NCBI GenBank assembly: GCA_964350735.1
Contig: CAYGKO010000003.1
Span: 1 to 50,451 of the forward strand
Direction: 5' to 3'
Origin: an uncultured Candidatus Saccharibacteria bacterium
GTDB lineage: Bacteria > Patescibacteriota > Minisyncoccia > Phycocordibacterales > UBA918
Length of the DNA: 50,451 nucleotides
Part shown: positions 26,267 to 37,600 of the stretch, in pieces
Position numbering within the stretch: the first letter of the stretch is position 1
How the letters are laid out: each line of letters starts with the position of its first letter
Position numbers and translations under genes: made by a program
Notes under the pieces: generated by a model
The model's input: only the letters and a program-made list of their open reading frames with translations
Told to the model about the DNA's origin: nothing
Databases searched by the model: none

Positions 26267-27598
26267 TTAATATGATTTGAGGCGACGGGCTTTTTCGTGT
26301 TGTCGGATTTTTTCTAAAGCCTTGGCTTCGATCTGACGGATACGCTCTCGCGTTACCCCGAATTCTTTACCAACCTCTTCCAGCGTGTGATACGTCCCAT
26401 CGAGGAGTCCGTGTCGCATCTCTAGGATCTTTCGTTCTTTCTCAGACAAAGTGTCAAGAATTTCCATGATTTGATCGGTCAGAATACTATGTGACACTTC
26501 TTGGTCAGGCGAGACGATCTTATCATCAGAGATAAAGTCTGACAGTCGTGAACGATCGTCATCATCACCAATTGGAAGCTCGAGTGAGATAGTATCTTGT
26601 GAAATCTTTTCGATCTGATAGATCTTTTCTACTTCGACATTCATTTCGGTTGCGATCTCTTCTGGCATTGGGTCGCGTCCCAGGTCTTGGGCGAGGCGTC
26701 GTGATACTTGCTTGTACTTCGCCATCGTTTCCACCATATGGACCGGGATACGGATCGTTCGTGACTGGTCAGCTAGCGCTCGCGTGATCGCTTGGCGAAT
26801 CCACCACGTAGCGTAGGTTGAGAATTTGAAGCCTTTAGTATGGTCGAACTTATCTACCGCCTTAAAGAGTCCGAGGTTCCCCTCTTGGATCAAGTCGAGC
26901 AGAGTGAGATCAGGTGATCGTCCAACGTACTTCTTCGCGATGGATACCACGAGACGCAAGTTAGCTCGAGCGAGCAAGTTGCGCGCCTCTTCGTCTTCAG
27001 CCAGAATTCGCTTGGCCAGATCTTTTTCTTCTTGAGCGGTCAACAGTGGATACTGTCCGATCTCACGCAAGTACATTTGAATTGAATCATACCCACTGTC
27101 ATTTCGGCGGTATGAATTCTTTTGAGCCAATAGCTCAGCACTTTGGTCACCACCAAGCATTCCGCCACTCTGCAGCACGTCGACATTAGCAGTGGCTAAA
27201 CGATCGTACAGGGTTTCTAAAAAAGGAATATCTCGTTCAATACTCGGGAACGATTTTAGAATATCGTCGTAAGTGACGTATCCACGATCACGTCCGAGCT
27301 GCAGGATCGCTCCCGCTTTTGACTCTTGCTCCTTTTGCGCCTTGGTCAGCTTAGCTGGTTTTTTGATACTAAGCTTCTTTTTTGGAGCAGCTGTAACAGC
27401 CGTTTTTGAGGCGGCTTTAGTGGCTACTTTTTTTACTACCTTCTTCACGGTTTTCTTTACCGTAGTTTTTTTGGCCGGTGTTTTTTTAGCTGGAGCCTTT
27501 TTGGTGGCTGTCTTAGCTACTGTTTTGGTGGCCTTTTTGGTGACTTTTTTGGTCACTTTTTTGGTGCTTACTTTTTTAGTTGTAAGTTTTTTTGGCAT
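26267..27598 (-). CDS. rpoD: Primary RNA polymerase sigma factor (sigma-70 family) with a Lys-rich N-terminal extension
   Basis: Region 2 is [40 protein letters not shown]. Region 4 is [24 protein letters not shown]. The first ~93 aa are [14 protein letters not shown]-type repeats. Confidence 0.9.
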   Translation of the reverse strand: MPKKLTTKKVSTKKVTKKVTKKATKTVAKTATKKAPAKKTPAKKTTVKKTVKKVVKKVATKAASKTAVTAAPKKKLSIKKPAKLTKAQKEQESKAGAILQLGRDRGYVTYDDILKSFPSIERDIPFLETLYDRLATANVDVLQSGGMLGGDQSAELLAQKNSYRRNDSGYDSIQMYLREIGQYPLLTAQEEKDLAKRILAEDEEARNLLARANLRLVVSIAKKYVGRSPDLTLLDLIQEGNLGLFKAVDKFDHTKGFKFSTYATWWIRQAITRALADQSRTIRIPVHMVETMAKYKQVSRRLAQDLGRDPMPEEIATEMNVEVEKIYQIEKISQDTISLELPIGDDDDRSRLSDFISDDKIVSPDQEVSHSILTDQIMEILDTLSEKERKILEMRHGLLDGTYHTLEEVGKEFGVTRERIRQIEAKALEKIRQHEKARRLKSY

Positions 27599-27691
27599 TA
27601 AAATATGATCATTATTGCGAACTAATTGTTGTATATAACAAATCCTCCACGCAATAAGGTGCGCCTACTATACTAGAATATGGTGAAAAAG

Positions 27692-29461
27692 CTAGCCTGG
27701 GTTTTCTACTGGTTCAGTACTGAAGTAGTCTGTTTGCGTACTAGCTGCAGCTAGCTTTTTTTGCAACACCGTTACCTCAGTCAGTAATGTCTCCGTATCT
27801 ACATCCTCCCGCTCGGCTTTATACAAAGCATCTTTTTTATCACTAATAGCCATCCGGAGCGCTAGCAGTGTAATCTCTTGTAATTTATCGTTGAGTTCAG
27901 CACGCACATGCTTATCCTCCATCTGAGCCAGAGAATCTTCTAGAGTAAACGTTACCTTACTTACTAACTCTGGTGTAACCGATTCGGTTGATTCATTTTC
28001 AGGAAGGGCTGAAATAGCTGCCCTTAGTGGCGCTTTGATACTTTCTGAGACAACACTCTGGGCTGCTTCGAGGTATATTCTAAGTTCGGTTTGGCGGGAC
28101 ATAAGGGATTCTGATTTTTCGACCACCTTCTCGACCGGTGCGGTGCGTGCTGGTGCAACAGGCTTCTTTTCTTCTTGTAAGCGACTCACTTCTAGATGGA
28201 CTGCGTCTTTAGTAGTTGAGAGCGCATCAGCAATGATTTGTTCAAAGTGATCGCGATCAATATGGTTTTGGATCCGGAGCAAGAATGGAACAATCTCATC
28301 TCGTGCCCGCAGTTTGAAAGTGCGGTCGTCTGAGCATTCTGCCTTCAATACATCAAGTAAAAATTCGATTACGTGAGTTGAATGCCCAATCAATTCCTTG
28401 AACTGCTTCGGGTCGGCCTGAATAATATCAGCCGGATCTTGTCCATCCGGAATCCGGGCTACTTTTATATCCGCCCCCCGAGCCAAGAGCACATCAGCCG
28501 CTCGCTTAATCGCTGCAATCCCCGCTCGGTCAGCATCAAGGGCCAGCACCACTCGGTTCGACAAGCGCTGCAAGAGACCAACGTGGTAATCAGTCATGGC
28601 GGTGCCTGATACCGCGACGGTGTTCGTGTAGCCAGCCTGATGCGCCAGCACCACATCAAACTGCCCTTCTACTATCAAGCTGAAATCAAACTTCCGAATC
28701 CCCTGCTTGGCTTTATCGTAGCCATAGAGTGCCTCAGATTTATTGAAAAGTTCAGTCTCAGGTGAATTCACGTACTTTGGTGCTTCGCTATCTTTACTTA
28801 AAATACGGCCAGAGAAGGCAATGATTCGCCCTGACGGATCACTGATCGGAAACATCACTCGATCACGAAATACATCGTACGGTTCTTTTCCCTGCTCACT
28901 TCGTTTCAATAAGCCAGCTTTTATCGCCGCTTGGTCAGTATATTTCTTGGCAGCTAATTCAGTACCCAACTCTCGCCAACCGCCGTGTGGTGGACCAGGC
29001 GCATACCCTAGTCGCCAGGCGGCAATCGTTTCACTTTTCACTCCCCGCTGCTCTAGGTATGACCGTGCTTCGTCATTGGTCTGCAACTTTGACTGGTAGA
29101 ATAGCGTCGCACTCTCGATCATCGCGTACAGGGCATCACGCTCGCTCCGCTTCTGCGGATCTTCTGGCACTAGCTCAATCCCCGCTTTATCCGCCAAAAT
29201 CTTCAACGCCCCCTTAAAGTCCACCCCTTCCATTTCTTGCACAAAGGTAAAGATATCACCGCCTTTACTGGTCGAGAAGCAGTAGTACATCCCTCGATCA
29301 GGCGACACAAAAAACGACGGGGTTTTCTCAGCGGTAAACGGACTCTTCCCCTTATAACTCTTCCCGGCTTTATGCAGCTCCACGTACGGCGCCACCACAT
29401 CAACAATACTGACTCGTTCTTTTATTCGGTCTACCGCATCTGAAGCCATAAGTAGCTGCAT
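27692..29461 (-). CDS. dnaG: DNA primase
   Basis: N-terminal EKTPSFFVSP...CFSTSKGGDIFTFV. The TOPRIM region is LIVEGQFDVVLAHQAG...ALDADRAGIAA. It lies immediately upstream of rpoD, as in the classic dnaG-rpoD arrangement. Confidence 0.9.
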   Translation of the reverse strand: MQLLMASDAVDRIKERVSIVDVVAPYVELHKAGKSYKGKSPFTAEKTPSFFVSPDRGMYYCFSTSKGGDIFTFVQEMEGVDFKGALKILADKAGIELVPEDPQKRSERDALYAMIESATLFYQSKLQTNDEARSYLEQRGVKSETIAAWRLGYAPGPPHGGWRELGTELAAKKYTDQAAIKAGLLKRSEQGKEPYDVFRDRVMFPISDPSGRIIAFSGRILSKDSEAPKYVNSPETELFNKSEALYGYDKAKQGIRKFDFSLIVEGQFDVVLAHQAGYTNTVAVSGTAMTDYHVGLLQRLSNRVVLALDADRAGIAAIKRAADVLLARGADIKVARIPDGQDPADIIQADPKQFKELIGHSTHVIEFLLDVLKAECSDDRTFKLRARDEIVPFLLRIQNHIDRDHFEQIIADALSTTKDAVHLEVSRLQEEKKPVAPARTAPVEKVVEKSESLMSRQTELRIYLEAAQSVVSESIKAPLRAAISALPENESTESVTPELVSKVTFTLEDSLAQMEDKHVRAELNDKLQEITLLALRMAISDKKDALYKAEREDVDTETLLTEVTVLQKKLAAASTQTDYFSTEPVENPG

Positions 29462-29491
29462 TATACGCGACTTTCTGTCTCAGGGCGAAAA

Positions 29492-29519
29492 TTGACAATT
29501 TTAAATAATTGTGTATAAT
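29492..29519 (+). promoter_or_regulatory. Consensus sigma-70 promoter
   Basis: TTGACA (29492-29497), a 16-nt spacer ending in TGTG, then TATAAT (29514-29519). Confidence 0.55.
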
Positions 29520-29556
29520 AAAAAAATAAGATCATTCGGGAAAATGGGAGAAAAAG

Positions 29557-29766
29557 ATGTCTTCTTCATGGACAATGGGATACGGGTTCTGGAAAAATCA
29601 AGCGGGGCTTTTTGTCTACTCATCGATGATGATGAAAGCGTCAGATTTCGGTACGACCGAAAAAGGCGTAACTTACGTCAGCTCACTTTCGGAAGTCCCC
29701 TCGGGGGCCAAAGAACAAACGGACGCTGACCAGAAAGAGCGTGACCTCAAAACTGGTTCTTGGTAA
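29557..29766 (+). CDS. Small hypothetical protein (69 aa) in a self-contained promoter-to-terminator unit
   Basis: An ATG preceded by GGGAGA. The unit lies between the consensus promoter and a strong terminator. No motif was recognised. The alternative frame 29511..29729 begins upstream of the predicted TSS. Confidence 0.4.
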   Translation: MSSSWTMGYGFWKNQAGLFVYSSMMMKASDFGTTEKGVTYVSSLSEVPSGAKEQTDADQKERDLKTGSW

Positions 29767-29784
29767 CCCACATCTTAAAATCAA

Positions 29785-29824
29785 AGACCTTGCAGGATCT
29801 TGTCCTGCGAGGTCTACTTTTTTA
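29785..29824 (+). terminator. Intrinsic terminator
   Basis: A 13-bp stem AGACCTTGCAGGA/TCCTGCGAGGTCT with one G-T pair, followed by ACTTTTTTAT. Confidence 0.7.
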
Positions 29825-29841
29825 TAGTATGATGCTGCCAC

Positions 29842-30192
29842 ATGAAGTGGTTTCTCCTTTTATTTACTATCAGTGCTCTTGGTACCTATGCATGGCTATC
29901 TGGCAGTATTGGTAACATTTTCGCTGAGACAACTACCTACATCAATACGCAATTGGGAGTACGGCAACAACTACTATATGGCCCCATCACGGGTGGCTAC
30001 GAGCCAGATGAAGCCGCCCTTCTGGCCTTTCAAGCCGGGGCCGATATGATCCTCATGGCCGCCCGCCCCAACGACACCATCCCCGCCATCAAACGCTTCC
30101 AAACCGCCCTTCAAGACGAAGAAATCACCGAACAACAGCTCGATCAATCACTCGAACGCATCCTCCGCATGAAACAGATCTACGCTCACTAA
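29842..30192 (+). CDS. Short secreted protein corresponding only to the tail of a glycoside hydrolase family 3 (NagZ-like) catalytic domain; probable gene remnant
   Basis: Signal-like MKWFLLLFTISALGTYAWL, then ALLAFQAGADMILMA...LDQSLERILRMKQIY. This matches the end of the GH3 N-terminal domain. The upstream catalytic part is absent. Confidence 0.5.
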   Translation: MKWFLLLFTISALGTYAWLSGSIGNIFAETTTYINTQLGVRQQLLYGPITGGYEPDEAALLAFQAGADMILMAARPNDTIPAIKRFQTALQDEEITEQQLDQSLERILRMKQIYAH

Positions 30193-30259
30193 TATTGACT
30201 TTTTGTATTTTCGGTGTATTATTTTTTGAGCGCACATTTTGAAAAAAGAGGAGATTCTC

Positions 30260-30694
30260 ATGATTGTCATCGCCGCCTTCCCTGGCGCAGGGAAATCATG
30301 GCTTTCGAAGTCTGATCAAGACGTTGGGACTATCGCAGACCTGGAGCCATCGCCGTTTAAATATGGTGACGATGCTCCAAATTGGCCAGAGAACTATCTA
30401 GCTGCTATCGACGCGGCACAAGAAGCTGATATCATTTTGATTGCCACCTTCCCTGAAGTGGTCGAGGTGCTACTTGCGAAGGACTGGAGCGTTCACATCG
30501 TCTATCCTGACGAGTCGCAGAAAGATGAGTATCACCGCCGCTACATCGAGCGGAGAAACACAGCGCCTGTGGTCAAAGCCTTGACTGATGGCTTCTGGCA
30601 AAACGTCCAGAACCTGCGACAAATCGCTGGCGGCACGCACCATGTGCTCGACGAAGGCCAATACCTGGCAGACATCATTGGCAGGATCATCTAA
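30260..30694 (+). CDS. Small P-loop NTPase/kinase-like protein
   Basis: I prefer the ATG at 30260, with GAGGAG upstream. The Walker A-like motif is IAAFPGAGKSW. The track starts at a TTG at 30239. Confidence 0.6.
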   Translation: MIVIAAFPGAGKSWLSKSDQDVGTIADLEPSPFKYGDDAPNWPENYLAAIDAAQEADIILIATFPEVVEVLLAKDWSVHIVYPDESQKDEYHRRYIERRNTAPVVKALTDGFWQNVQNLRQIAGGTHHVLDEGQYLADIIGRII

Positions 30695-30703
30695 TCCCCC
30701 GAC

Positions 30704-30756
30704 GAACCCGGCGGACACCTTGTGTCCATCCACGGTTCGCCGGGGTTTCGTTTTTA
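30704..30756 (+). terminator. Imperfect GC-rich hairpin followed by a T-run, after the P-loop gene
   Basis: GAACCCGGCG ... CGCCGGGGTTTC with an inner stem GACAC/GTGTC, then GTTTTTA. Confidence 0.5.
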
Positions 30757-30772
30757 TAGCAAAATAATTTAC

Positions 30773-30814
30773 GAAAACAGGCTATGTATCATACATGATA
30801 CATAGCCTGTTTTC
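30773..30814. terminator. 42-nt near-perfect palindrome (bidirectional terminator type), a member of the TATCA..TGATA family
   Basis: GAAAACAGGCTATGTATCAT-AC-ATGATACATAGCCTGTTTTC. Confidence 0.55.
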
Positions 30815-30881
30815 AGTTGTTGTCACAAAATCAGGACTCAAATATTGAAATGAGTATGATGCGAGACAGGCCTTGCGGAGG

Positions 30882-30924
30882 GAGGCACGAAAAAACACGC
30901 CATGGGCGTGTTTTTTCGTGCCTC
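30882..30924. terminator. Perfect 20-bp hairpin downstream of rpoC
   Basis: GAGGCACGAAAAAACACGCC-ATG-GGCGTGTTTTTTCGTGCCTC. Confidence 0.45.
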
Positions 30925-30994
30925 GTGAGCAAAGCGGCAAAATTTTCCGGCCTAGAAAATTTTGAACGTGTGCCTGGCGAGTACTTTCGTTGGT

Positions 30995-33900
30995 CTAGTC
31001 CTGCGCGATCGTCTTCATTAGATCGTGCTTGTTTGAACCAGCAAATCCAGTTCCAGCGGGGATCAATCGTCCGATGATTACGTTCTCCATCAAGCCAGCC
31101 AAATTGTCTTCACTGCCCTTCACTGCTGCATTGATGAGCACGCGAGTCGTGTTTTGGAATGAAGCGGCTGAGAGGAATGACTTACGTGAGAGTGAGGTCT
31201 CTGTGATACCCATGATGAGTCGATCGGCTTTCGCGATCTGCCCACCATTTTCCTTCGCCTTAGCGTTCGCCTCTTCAAAGATCCATTCTTCTACCACGTC
31301 ACTCACGGTGAAGTGAGTGTCACCTGGATCAATCACCTTCACGCGACTCATCATCTGCTTCACGATAAGTTCGATGTGTTTTCGGGAGATCGTCACACCC
31401 TGCAGTTCGTAAATCTTGTTAATTTCCGAAATGATGTAGTCTTGCGTTGGTACTTGCCCACCAAACTTGAAGAGGTCTGGCAAGTAAGCAGAACCGTCGG
31501 TCATAAGCTGCCCCTGCTTCACCGTTTCACCCTTTGATACTTTCACGGTACGACGGTAGTGTACTTCGTACTCGACATTATCTTTCTTCTTCGGCGCGCC
31601 TGGAGCTGCCATATCAGGAGCGATCACGATTACTTGCTCTTTTCCTTCCTTACGGATTTCAGCTACCAATCCTTCGTGCTTGGCAATCAAAGCAGGAATC
31701 TTCGGTAGTCGCTTCTCAAATACTTCTTCTACTCGTGGTAGACCTTGGGTTACGTCTCCTCCAGCAGTCGCTGTACCACCGGCATGCTTCGTGTTCATCG
31801 TGAGCTGCGTACCTGGTTCACCAATCGCTTGCGCGGCTACGGTTCCCACAGCTTCTCCAATATCGACGAGCGCGTTAGTAGTCAGGTCAATTCCGTAACA
31901 CTTCTGACACACTCCCCGCATAGTCTTACAGGTCATTGGTGAACGTACGATCACCGACTCACATGTCGTTCCTTCAACCGCGATCGCGTCGCGTCGCGAG
32001 AGGAGATGACCTTTCTTAAAGATCACTTCACCCTTACTGTCGACAGCGTCTTCAGCCAAGATACGACCCTTGATCGCCTTCGAGAAGGCAATCTCGATAC
32101 CAGAAGCAGAGACGCGTCCAATCGTTGTACCTACCTTCGTCTTACAATCAGCCTCAGTCACAATCGCGTCTTGCGCTACTACGAAGAGTCGCCGCGTTAG
32201 ATATCCAGCCTTGGCAGTCTGAAGCGCTGTGTCAGCTAGACCTTTACGTGATCCGTGAGTCGTAATGAAGTACTCAATCGGTGTCATACCTTCTTTCATC
32301 GAAGATAGAACTGGGAATTCAAGTGTTTCACCTCGAGTGTTCACGATCAACCCCTTCATACCAACCATCTGAGAGATCTGGCGCATCGAACCTCGCGCAC
32401 CAGACTTCCACATATTGAAGGCTGAACCGTACTGATCCATTTTTTCAGGAATCACTTCTTCAAGATCAGACTTGGCTTTGTGCCACACCTCAATAATCAT
32501 TCGACGTCGCTCTTCTCGTGAGATCAAACCTTCGTCGTAGTGAGCTCGAATACCAAGTTCTGCTGCTCGAGCAACATCAAGGATGGCTTCTTTTTCTTCT
32601 GGAATCACCACATCATCAATTCCCCAGGTTGTTCCTGAAACAGTCGCATACTTGAAGCCAAACTTCTTAATCTTATCTACTACTTCTGGCACGATTTCGG
32701 TTCCTTGTTCATCAATCAGATCAATCACGATAGTAAGCAAGTCACGCTGACCAACTTGTTCATTAATGAACGTGTGGTCACTCGGTAGTACTGAGTTGAA
32801 AAGCAGTCGTCCTACTGTTGTCTCAAATAACTGCCCTTCAAACTGAGCGTACTTTGGGGTGTCGGTAGCGAGCACTTTAATCTTCGCCCGGAAATCTACC
32901 ACTCCGTAATCGTACGCTCCGATCGCATCATTAGGTGATGAGAAGAATTTACCTTCACCCTTAGAACCTTCCACGATAGTCGTCATCCAGAATGCACCCA
33001 GAGCAATATCCATCAAACCTTCTGATACTACTGGTTCTGATGAACCTGGCTTTAGAATGTTCTTGTTCGCTGAGATGATTTCTTTTGCTTCCAGCTGTGC
33101 TTCGTCAGATAGTGGTACGTGAACCGCCATCTGGTCACCGTCGAAGTCCGCGTTAAAGGCCTTACAAACCAGTGGGTGCACCTGGATCGCATTACCCTCA
33201 ATCAGTACCGGACGGAACGCCTGAATACCCTGACGGTGAAGCGTTGGCGCACGGTTCAAGAGAACGTGCTTTTCAGAAATTACATCTTCCAAGATCGCCC
33301 ATACTTCTGGCACCCCATCTTCAATCAGACGACCAGCACCACGGATGTTATATGCAAGCTCTTGAGATAAGAGTTGTGCAATCACAAATGGTCGGAACAA
33401 CTCCAGTGCCATATGCTTTGGCAGACCACACTGGTCTAGCTTCAGCTCAGGACCGATAACAATCACTGAACGACCTGAGTAGTCTACTCGCTTACCAAGC
33501 AAGTTTTGTCGAAAATACCCCTGCTTGCTCTTGAGGTAGTCAGAAAGTGACTTAAGAGGTCGTCGTTGCGCTTGACTCATGGCTGAGTAGGCAGTGTTAC
33601 CGTGTCGAATTGAGTTGTCGATCAAAGCATCTACCGCTTCCTGCAGAATACGCTTCTCGTTTCGCAAAATCACGTCTGGAGCCATGATGTCAATCAGTTT
33701 CTTCAGACGGTTGTTTCGGTTGATCACACGTCGGTAAAGGTCGTTGAGGTCAGATGACGCATGTCGCCCGCCTTCAAGAGCTACCATTGGTCGCAAGGCT
33801 GGTGGGATCACAGGGATTCGGTTGAGGAACATCCATTCTGGACGTACACCAGCGTTCAGCATACCGCGCACGAGTGACAATCGCTTGTCGAGCTTCACGC

Positions 33901-34663
33901 GCTCAGCGGCACCAGCGGTAGTTCGTTCTTCTTCCAGTCGGTCACGGAGCTCAGTGAGCTCAATATTTTTAAATAGTTCAAAGACACTTTCTGCCCCAAT
34001 CTTTGCCTCAAAGAGTGTTCCGTATTTGATTGAGAACTTATGGAAGGTATTTTCATCCAGCACGATTCCTTGCTTGATTGAGTCAATTTCTTTTCGAGTA
34101 TCATCAGCTCGAGTCTTCAGCTCAGCCTTAGCATCATCGTTTTGTAGTTCTTTAACTTTTGCTTTGTACTCAGTCGCAAGATCGTTTTGGAGTCGCGCTC
34201 GTTCACTTTCAGACACCTTAGTTACGATATACCCAGCGAAGTAGATTACTTTTTCAATATCACTAGCGGTGATACCAAGAATCAAAGCGATTCGACTTGG
34301 CACTCCACGCAAAAACCAGATGTGTGACACAGGGACACAAAGTTCGATGTGACCCATTCGTTCTCGACGAACGATTGAGCGTGTGACTTCTACGCCACAT
34401 TTTTCACATTCAATACCTTTATATCGAATACCGCGATACTTCTTACACGAACACTCAAAGTCTTCCACTGGACCAAAGATTCGTTCATCAAAGAGACCGT
34501 GCTTTTCTGGACGCTGGGTTCGGTAGTTGATGGTTTCTGGCTTGGTGACTTCGCCGAATGACCATTCGAGAACCTGATCTGGTGAAGCGAGCTTAAGGCC
34601 GACTTCCTTCAACTGCTGTGGGGCCACTTTTGGTCGTGGCGTTTGTTTGCTGTTTATTTCCAT
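30995..34663 (-). CDS. rpoC: DNA-directed RNA polymerase subunit beta-prime
   Basis: The zinc ribbon is [23 protein letters not shown] and the catalytic motif is [12 protein letters not shown]. 1222 aa. A 21-nt gap separates it from rpoB. Confidence 0.97.
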   Translation of the reverse strand: MEINSKQTPRPKVAPQQLKEVGLKLASPDQVLEWSFGEVTKPETINYRTQRPEKHGLFDERIFGPVEDFECSCKKYRGIRYKGIECEKCGVEVTRSIVRRERMGHIELCVPVSHIWFLRGVPSRIALILGITASDIEKVIYFAGYIVTKVSESERARLQNDLATEYKAKVKELQNDDAKAELKTRADDTRKEIDSIKQGIVLDENTFHKFSIKYGTLFEAKIGAESVFELFKNIELTELRDRLEEERTTAGAAERVKLDKRLSLVRGMLNAGVRPEWMFLNRIPVIPPALRPMVALEGGRHASSDLNDLYRRVINRNNRLKKLIDIMAPDVILRNEKRILQEAVDALIDNSIRHGNTAYSAMSQAQRRPLKSLSDYLKSKQGYFRQNLLGKRVDYSGRSVIVIGPELKLDQCGLPKHMALELFRPFVIAQLLSQELAYNIRGAGRLIEDGVPEVWAILEDVISEKHVLLNRAPTLHRQGIQAFRPVLIEGNAIQVHPLVCKAFNADFDGDQMAVHVPLSDEAQLEAKEIISANKNILKPGSSEPVVSEGLMDIALGAFWMTTIVEGSKGEGKFFSSPNDAIGAYDYGVVDFRAKIKVLATDTPKYAQFEGQLFETTVGRLLFNSVLPSDHTFINEQVGQRDLLTIVIDLIDEQGTEIVPEVVDKIKKFGFKYATVSGTTWGIDDVVIPEEKEAILDVARAAELGIRAHYDEGLISREERRRMIIEVWHKAKSDLEEVIPEKMDQYGSAFNMWKSGARGSMRQISQMVGMKGLIVNTRGETLEFPVLSSMKEGMTPIEYFITTHGSRKGLADTALQTAKAGYLTRRLFVVAQDAIVTEADCKTKVGTTIGRVSASGIEIAFSKAIKGRILAEDAVDSKGEVIFKKGHLLSRRDAIAVEGTTCESVIVRSPMTCKTMRGVCQKCYGIDLTTNALVDIGEAVGTVAAQAIGEPGTQLTMNTKHAGGTATAGGDVTQGLPRVEEVFEKRLPKIPALIAKHEGLVAEIRKEGKEQVIVIAPDMAAPGAPKKKDNVEYEVHYRRTVKVSKGETVKQGQLMTDGSAYLPDLFKFGGQVPTQDYIISEINKIYELQGVTISRKHIELIVKQMMSRVKVIDPGDTHFTVSDVVEEWIFEEANAKAKENGGQIAKADRLIMGITETSLSRKSFLSAASFQNTTRVLINAAVKGSEDNLAGLMENVIIGRLIPAGTGFAGSNKHDLMKTIAQD

Positions 34664-34684
34664 AGAGATGAATTATTACGACGA

Positions 34685-37600
34685 TTAATCACGCGGCTGA
34701 AATACCCGCTCTTCCTTTTCTAATCTCACATCAAGTGACAATCCGCGAAGCTGATTCACAAGCACATTGAAGGCGGCTGGAGTGTACGGATGACTGATTC
34801 GTTCTCCGCGTACAATCGCATCGAAGGCAGCTGATCGTCCAACGATATCGTCAGACTTAATGGTAAGCATTTCCCGAAGCGTGTAGGCAGCTCCATATCC
34901 AAGGAGTGCCCATACCTCCATTTCTCCAAATCGCTGCCCACCAATCTGAGCTTTACCGCCAAGTGGCTGCTGCGTAATAAGACTGTATGGTCCAATTGAA
35001 CGCATGTGGATCTTGTCTTCCACCATGTGGTGAAGCTTCAAGATATACATGTACCCAACCGCGGTTCGGTCAGCAAACTCTTCACCCGTTCGTCCGTCGC
35101 GCAGTTGCATCTTGCCGTCTTCTGGCAGACCAGCTTCTTTGAGCTCTGCTTTAATGTCATTTTCGTTAGCACCAGCAAATGGTGGCACCACCGCTTGATA
35201 CCCAAGCGTGTTTGCAGCCATACCAAGGTGGAGCTCAAGAATCTGACCTAAGTTCATACGTGATGGTACACCAAGTGGTGTAAGCAAGATGTCGACAGGT
35301 CGACCATCTTCCATATACGGCATGTCTTCTTCCGGTAGGATTCGTGAAATCACACCCTTGTTACCGTGACGTCCAGCGAGCTTGTCACCAACAGAGATAT
35401 TACGCACTTGAGCTACTGTAATATGAATTCGTTTGATAACACCACTTTCGAGGTTGTCACCATTTTCACGTGAGAACACTTTCACTCCAATAATACGTCC
35501 GCGCTTTCCAGCTTCAAGCCGTAATGACGTGTCTTTTACATCTTTCGCTTTTTCACCAAAGATAGATCGCAGCAATCGTTCTTCTGGAGTTAGTTGTGTT
35601 TCACCTTTTGGAGTTACTTTACCAACTAAGATATCACCTGGTCGAACTTCAGCACCAATCCGGATCACACCGTTTTCATCAAGGTTCCGCAGCTTCATTT
35701 CTGATACGTTCGGGATGTCTGGCGTCGTTACTTCTGGTCCCAGCTTAGTATCCCGCACTGCCACATCGAGTTCTTCGAGGTGCACAGATGAGAACTTGCT
35801 ATCCTTCACCATTCGTTCAGAAATAATGATCGCATCTTCATAGTTCGCTCCACTCCATGACATAAAGGCCACGAGTGCATTCTGTCCGACTGCGATCTGA
35901 CCCTTATCAGTTGAAGTTGTATCCGCCAACAAGTCTCCTCGCTTCACTTTGTCACCAACAGTTACGGCTGGACGGTGGTAAAATGCTGAGAAGTCGTTGG
36001 TTCGTTGGATTGTGATGAGCGGATATTCATCTTTCTTTCCGTTCTTGTTCTTGATCACGATATGCTTTGCGTCGCATTCAATCACTTCTCCAGCTTCGAT
36101 AGCAGCCACTACTCGACCAGTGTCGAGTGCCGCCATCTTTTCAACACCAGTCGCTACCAGTGGTGCCTCAGGGATCACACACGGGGTCGACTGCTTCTGC
36201 ATATTTGAACCCATAAGTGTACGGTTCGCATCGTCATGGTTCAAGAATGGAATCATTGATGTTGCTACTGAGAAAGCTTGGTTAGTGGCAATATCCATGT
36301 AGTCAACATCTTTCTTGGCTACCAGTCGTGGTTCACCTCCTAATCGAGCTTCCACCATGTCTTCTTTAATCTTTCCATTGTCGTCTACCTCAATCGCAGC
36401 GTGAGCAATCGTAAACTTCTCTTCTTCGTGTGCATTGAGGTATACCACTTCGTCAGTTACGTTTCCTTTTTCTACCTTTACGTATGGCGTCTCAATAATA
36501 CCGAAGCGGTTTACGCGAGCGTACATCGCTAGACGAAGGATCAAACCAATGTTTGGACCTTCTGGTGTATGAATCGGACACAGTCGCCCGTAGTGAGACG
36601 TGTGCACGTCACGCACTTCAAAACCAGCTCGTTCTCGCGTTAGTCCACCGGGACCAAGCGCTGACATAGTCCGAAGACCTTCGAGCTCACCAAGAATGTT
36701 CTGCTGTGGCATAAACTGCGACAGCTGGTTAGTGGTGAAGAATTCCTTGATCGCAGCCTGTAGTGGTCGTGGGTTGAGGATTTGGATTGGGAGAGATGTT
36801 TCGGCTTCGATCGTACTCATTCGATCTTGAATGTTTCGCTTCATCCGCGTCATACCAACGCGAGCCCGTTGAGCAAGCATTTCACCAAAGTACCGCACTC
36901 GACGGAAACCGAGGTGGTCGATATCGTCAGCTAATGCACCCGGGGTATGGTTCTTAACCATGATCTCAGACAAAATGATCCGAAGATCTTCTAGCGATAC
37001 TGTTCGTTCAGCCAGAGCCTTGTCAGTCAGAGGACGTTCGTAGCGTTCGTTCCAGTGGTGACGACCGATTTCTGAAAGGTCGTATCGTTCGGGAGCAAAG
37101 ATAGACTTCACGAAGTCACGTGCATTATCTACAGTCGCCAGATCACCATCTCGCAATCGTTTGTAGATTTCGACGTACGCATCATCGTCTGTCTTAGCTG
37201 GATCTTTCGCTAGCGTAGCCTTGATGTATTCCTCACCGCGCTCTACATCCTTGAAGAGCTTGATCATGTCTTCTGGGTCACTGACACCAAAGACACGTAG
37301 AAGTGAAGTAATTGGGAATTTCTTCTTTCGGTCGATCTTACAGTAGATCACTCCGTCGTGTTCTGATTCGATCTCAACCCATGCACCACGGCCTGGGATA
37401 AGTTTTGCGCCAAAGTACGTGCGGCCTTTTTGTTCTTGCGTCGTGTAGAAAATACCGTATGAACGCGCTAGCTGTGGTACTACCACTCGCTCCACACCGT
37501 TAATGATGAACGTTCCGTTTTCGGTCATCACCGGGATGTCAGCCAAGAAGATTTCTTGATCTTTCTCACTTTCAAAGGTTTTGTTCTTCAAAATCACCTG

